DNA from: the human T2T-CHM13v2.0 reference genome, Homo sapiens
Direction: 5' to 3' (one strand)
Length of the DNA stretch: 64,000 nucleotides
NCBI RefSeq assembly: GCF_009914755.1
Contig: NC_060938.1
Shown: positions 59,797 to 64,000 of the stretch, in pieces
How the letters are laid out: every line of letters begins with the position of its first letter
Numbering within the stretch: position 1 is the stretch's first letter
Position numbers and translations under genes: made by a program
The notes under the pieces: model-generated
What the model was told of the DNA's origin: nothing
What the model saw: only the letters and a program-made list of their open reading frames with translations
Databases searched by the model: none

Positions 59797-60610
59797 GTAA
59801 GAGCTCCTGTGTGCGGGGTGGGAATGGGACCGAGGGGACCCTTGTGCCATCTGCAGAGCGCTTGTGTTCCTTCCCGCATCTGCGAGACACAGCAAACTGC
59901 TTCCCTGCCCAAAGCTAGCTGGCCCTTGGCCACTTGTTCTCAAACGAGAAATCACATGGGACAGCACTTTGAAATTATGAAGTTAGCCTTTGAGCCTCAC
60001 GTTGACCTTCACACGTGGGGCAAGAACTATGTCCCCCTTTAGAGATGAGGAAATTGAAGCACAAAGAGCACGAGTAATTTGCTCAAGTCACACCGTTTAC
60101 AAATTGCAGATTTTGGACTCAAGCCTGGGTCTCCTGAATCTATGTCCATTGCCCTTTCCACTGTAGGAAGCTGTATGCTGGCAACTAGGTCCACCCGGCT
60201 GTTTCTTCCCTAACCCTTGCTCATATGTTCTAGAACTGTGCTTGTAAGAATAGCTCTAATACAGACCTTTGGCTTACATTGTGTTTCCTTCCCACAGGAT
60301 AGTCTCTTCTCCCCTCCCTCCCTCCCTCCATGTGTCATGGCTGGTCTTGGCAAAGACACTAACCATGAGTCTGCAGGCCTGGGGAGTGTCTGCGACTTGT
60401 GTGACCTGGGCTGGTCCTTGTCCCTCTCTCGATTCTGGTTTTCTCCCCTGTGGGGTTGGAGAATAATGGACCAGATGGCCCCTGAGGCCCCTTGCAGTGC
60501 TGCTGCCATAGGATTCACACGCACACAGTCCCCTGCATCCCCTCACATCGTTGCTGCTCCTGTTCTGCCATCAGCAGCAGAATCTAAAACGCGGCCTCCT
60601 TTTTCCTCAG

Positions 60611-60732
60611 CCAGAAGACGCATCTGGAGGCTCCAGTCCCAGTGGGACCTCAAAGTCCGATGCCAACCGGGCAAGCAGCGGGGGTGGCGGAGGAGGCCTC
60701 ATGGAGGAAATGAACAAACTGCTGGCCAAGAG
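60611..60732 (+). CDS. EVL: EVL exon 7 (122 nt): [40 protein letters not shown](R), start of the F-actin-binding block
   Basis: Acceptor ttttcctcag|, donor AG|gtgggt. GLMEEMN.LLA.RR is the EVH2 FAB motif. Confidence 0.96.
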
Positions 60733-63700
60733 GTGGGTCTCTACACCTCCCGAGACTTGGTGTGCCTAGCAGGAAGCTCCTGCCCCCGCCCCCAGCGCTG
60801 CACAGAGAATCCTCTCTTGACCCCAGAATCTTTGTTCCCTGGGTTTAGCCAAGCAGGGGAAACTGTTACTTAAGTTTTCCCTTCCCAAGGGGTTAGTCTG
60901 AAGCGCAAGCCCACAGGAGTCCTCTAAACTCCAGATCCTTCATTTTAGCTCAGCAAATATTTCCTGAAGCATCTACCATGTACCAGCCCTGTCCTGAGCA
61001 GAGATAAATGTGGAGACAATTTCAGAGATAAATGCGGGAAAAAGAACAGTCCTTGCTCTTAAGATCCTAACAGAAATAAGATGTGGCCGCAGTGGTCGAG
61101 TTTGCAGAGGACACTCTGGTGAATGTGTGGTGAAGGCACCCCATTCTCCAGGGTTCTTTATGGAGGACTCAGGAGAAGGAGTTATGAAGGGTAGGAGCCC
61201 AGAGGGCATTGCCCTGAGCGACGGAGAGAGAGTAGTTCCATCTACATCCCGGCCGGGCTCTTGGGCCTGAGACCTGGCCATGTGTGTCTGCTCGCTGCAG
61301 CGGGTGTGGCTGCAGCCTGCCATTGTGGCTCTCCGCTGTTCCCCAAATGAAACCCGAGCAGATGGGGAGATCGTCCAGGTCTTTCTCAAAAGGGATGCAA
61401 AGCTTGGATTTTATTTTTAAATATGACTTGGCATCAGGAATGTGCTCACCTTGGACTACCAATATCGTGGCTCACTTAGGCACCAGAGGGCACGGGAGTA
61501 GGCCTCACCTGCCAGAACAGAGGAAGCTGCAGCGGGGGCCCTGCTCCCTTGGTAACCCCACCTCCACCCCCTGCCACTTTGTCGCCTTCTCCTGGCCCTC
61601 CCAGCTGCCTTCCAATTGGCTGACCCAAGTGAGAACTCTGTGTGCCCAGGGTCTTCACACTGCAGTCCTAGTTCCTCTCATTACCTTCCCGTGGCTCCAT
61701 GAGGATGATGCGAGATGACAGAGGCCCACAGCTGCAGGCAGCTGGTGTGGCGCTTCATGGCAGGGCCACAGCCTGGGTTTCCTGCCAAGGGGCTCTTTGC
61801 TTGCATCACAGATGGCAGGGAGGGGAGGCTCCCCGTGTGTCAGGGAGCAGCAAGGTGGATCCGCAGCACGGGCGTCTCCGGAGCCTCTACTGGGCCTGGG
61901 CGTTTGTACATCGCCAAGACAGGAGGCAGGCTTCTGAGCAGTTTCCTGTGAGAGTAAGTCCAGGTGTGTGGGGCTTACAGTGGCCACACAAAGGCGAATG
62001 GCTCCGTGGGTGAGAGAGCCGGGAGGGCTCGCAGAACGATGAGGACGTCCCGTGCTGTAAGAGGGACAGTGGGCAGAGTTAAGGTAAGGCTGGGAAGGCT
62101 GACGCCCCCTGTGCCTGGAGAGCTAGGTGTGGAGGAAATGGACCAAAAGTCAGGCTGGAAGAGGGAGCCTCCTGGTGCAGGGCATCGGGTTCCACCTCAG
62201 AGCACTCAGAGGCGAGGATGGGCCACAGAGAAATAGAAATAGTTTTGGAAAAGAAAATATGAATGCTTTCCCTAAGTCCTAGACCAAGCTGAGGGGAAGC
62301 ACCTTTCTGTCTGAGAACAGGAAAAGGCCAGTATTGCCAGGAGCCAGTGAGATGCCAGATGCCGGTGGGAGAGTCAAGGCCCTCCCAAGAACAAACATGC
62401 TTTGCATAGCTCAGCAGGGATCAATCAGGTGCTCTCTGAAATCCACCTCAGTGATGGCTACTGGGTGGAGCCGACGATGAAAGTGCCCTTGCCAGGTTTC
62501 TTTTCATGTAGGTTGTCTCCCGCCTCTGAGGGCATGCAGTTGAGTCTCCCAACAGTGGAGGGCAGGAGGGAAATGAACGTGGACAGAAAGCTCCTGTTCA
62601 GCAGCACTTTCACAGACACTCATCCCGCCTACACTCCCCGTGAGCAGGTGGCTTGGTCAGCGTTCTGTTTCTAGGAGATGGGACACTGGCTGCTGGGGGG
62701 TAGCTGGTGAGGTGTAAGTGATCGTGGCTAGGCCAGTTAGGAGACTCTGACAGTCCAGGAAGAGATGATAGGGGCATGCAGGAAGGTGTTGAAGGTGAAG
62801 ACAAAAAAGACAGGCAGGTACCCAGATTTAGAGAACTGACCAGGCTGACAGTTATAAGAAGCTGGTGTCAGGGATGATTCCCTGGTTTCTGGGCTGAGGG
62901 ACGAGGTGGGCAGACCTGTCCTGAGATGGGAGCTAAAGAAGGGGGCCCCTGCTGTAGCTGAGGAGGCTGCCAGGTAGGCCCATCACAGACAGGTGACAGC
63001 CTGGCCACGGCCCATTATCACACCTCAGACCAGCTCCATGCTTGATGGGCAGCTCATCTCAAGTTGAAAAGCCACAGAAGCGTATCTCTGGGAAACACTG
63101 AGGGTCTGCCTGCCTCTGTAGACCTGGGAGGTCAGCAGATACCACTGAGGCCAAAAAATATGGGTGAGGTTTTAGAGTACATGAAACGGGGATTCATACT
63201 GGGGAGGTGCACGAACCGACTCAAGGGCGTCACGTGGACCTATTCCAGGGCTCCTCTTCTGAGCATTTCCAGGCTCTGAGTGGCATTCTAGATTGGGGAG
63301 GGCGTGGCTGGGTTAACTGAGTTCCAAGACACAAGGGCCTTAGAGTGACACAAGAAAGTGTCCAGTGTCCCGACCTGTGGGACAGACTGCAGCCCAGAGA
63401 GATGCCTCTCTGTCCCGTGTGGCCAGGCCTTCAGTGTCCTGGGGACAGAGCGTGCCCGCCTCCCCTCCACGCCTCAGATGCTACAGCTGCTGCCAGTAGA
63501 GCTAAACAGACATAGAGGCATCTCGCCCTCTCTGCCTAGACCAGTTTTGTGTCCCAGGCCATGACCACACGGAGGGCCTGGACATTTGCCTGGGCCTGGC
63601 TCCTCACCAGACGGGGCCTAGACAAGCCGCCTCCTTCACGCCATCGTTTTCCCACACAGGTTTATCTGAGGACCGGGGTGAGTCTGGCAGGGTGGAGGCA

Positions 63701-63766
63701 GAAGAGTTCTGGGACAGTGAGAGAACGTGAGGAGCTGATCTGTATCTTCCCCTTCTCTGTGCCTAG

Positions 63767-63827
63767 GAGAAAAGCAGCCTCCCAGTCAGACAAGCCAGCC
63801 GAGAAGAAGGAAGATGAAAGCCAAATG
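63767..63827 (+). CDS. EVL: EVL exon 8 (61 nt): (R)RKAASQSDKPAEKKEDESQM
   Basis: Acceptor ttctctgtgcctag|, donor ATG|gtgagc. Completes the RRK of the FAB motif in frame. Confidence 0.94.
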
Positions 63828-64000
63828 GTGAGCAAGCAGCCCGCCCCACCCTCAGGCTCCCCACTGAGATGAGCGCATCGCCAGGGAGGCTCTCTGGTCT
63901 CAGGCGAGGCCTTTGGGACATGCGTGGGATGGGCGCTTCATCAGGTGATTCACAGGAGGGGCGGAGGGTCTCTGCGGTGCTTGTCCCTGCGCCACCCTGG

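Noticed and set aside
59386-60042. 218-aa ORF covering exon 6, and similarly extended ORFs around exons 2, 3, 7 and 8
   Set aside because: Only the parts bounded by splice sites resemble EVL; the extensions are intronic.
63764-63769. TAG-GAG NAGNAG at the exon 8 acceptor
   Set aside because: A distal GAG is rarely used and there is no supporting evidence.

Overview
Human (primate) genomic DNA spanning most of EVL (Ena/VASP-like; 14q32.2 from recall), + strand, from late intron 1 into intron 8. Seven coding exons (2-8) have canonical AG/GT sites and splice into one open frame: EVH1 domain, Q-rich/PKA linker, polyproline region and the first part of EVH2. Exon 1 and the 3' exons lie outside the window. 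The 25.9-kb intron 3 holds MIR342 (+) and MIR151B (-, L2-derived). The rest is intronic repeat: about 25 Alus or fragments, old L1, an MER21-type LTR, L2/L3/MIR, Tigger3a, MER44, MER30, Charlie1, MER81 and MER5. Almost all other ORFs in the track are spurious, and there is no prokaryotic system or CRISPR. Best leads: (1) a candidate cryptic exon at 37637 with a strong acceptor, in-frame stop, competing donors and a nearby AATAAA, giving either an EVH1-only isoform ending upstream of miR-342 or a poison exon; (2) a 20-nt perfect miR-151a-5p site in the pri-miR-342 strand; (3) an E-box/RUNX/(CA)n compound minisatellite between exons 4 and 5; (4) a template-switch inverted duplication at 30.9-31.1 kb. 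Repeat subfamily names come from recalled consensus sequences, and all functional claims are untested hypotheses.
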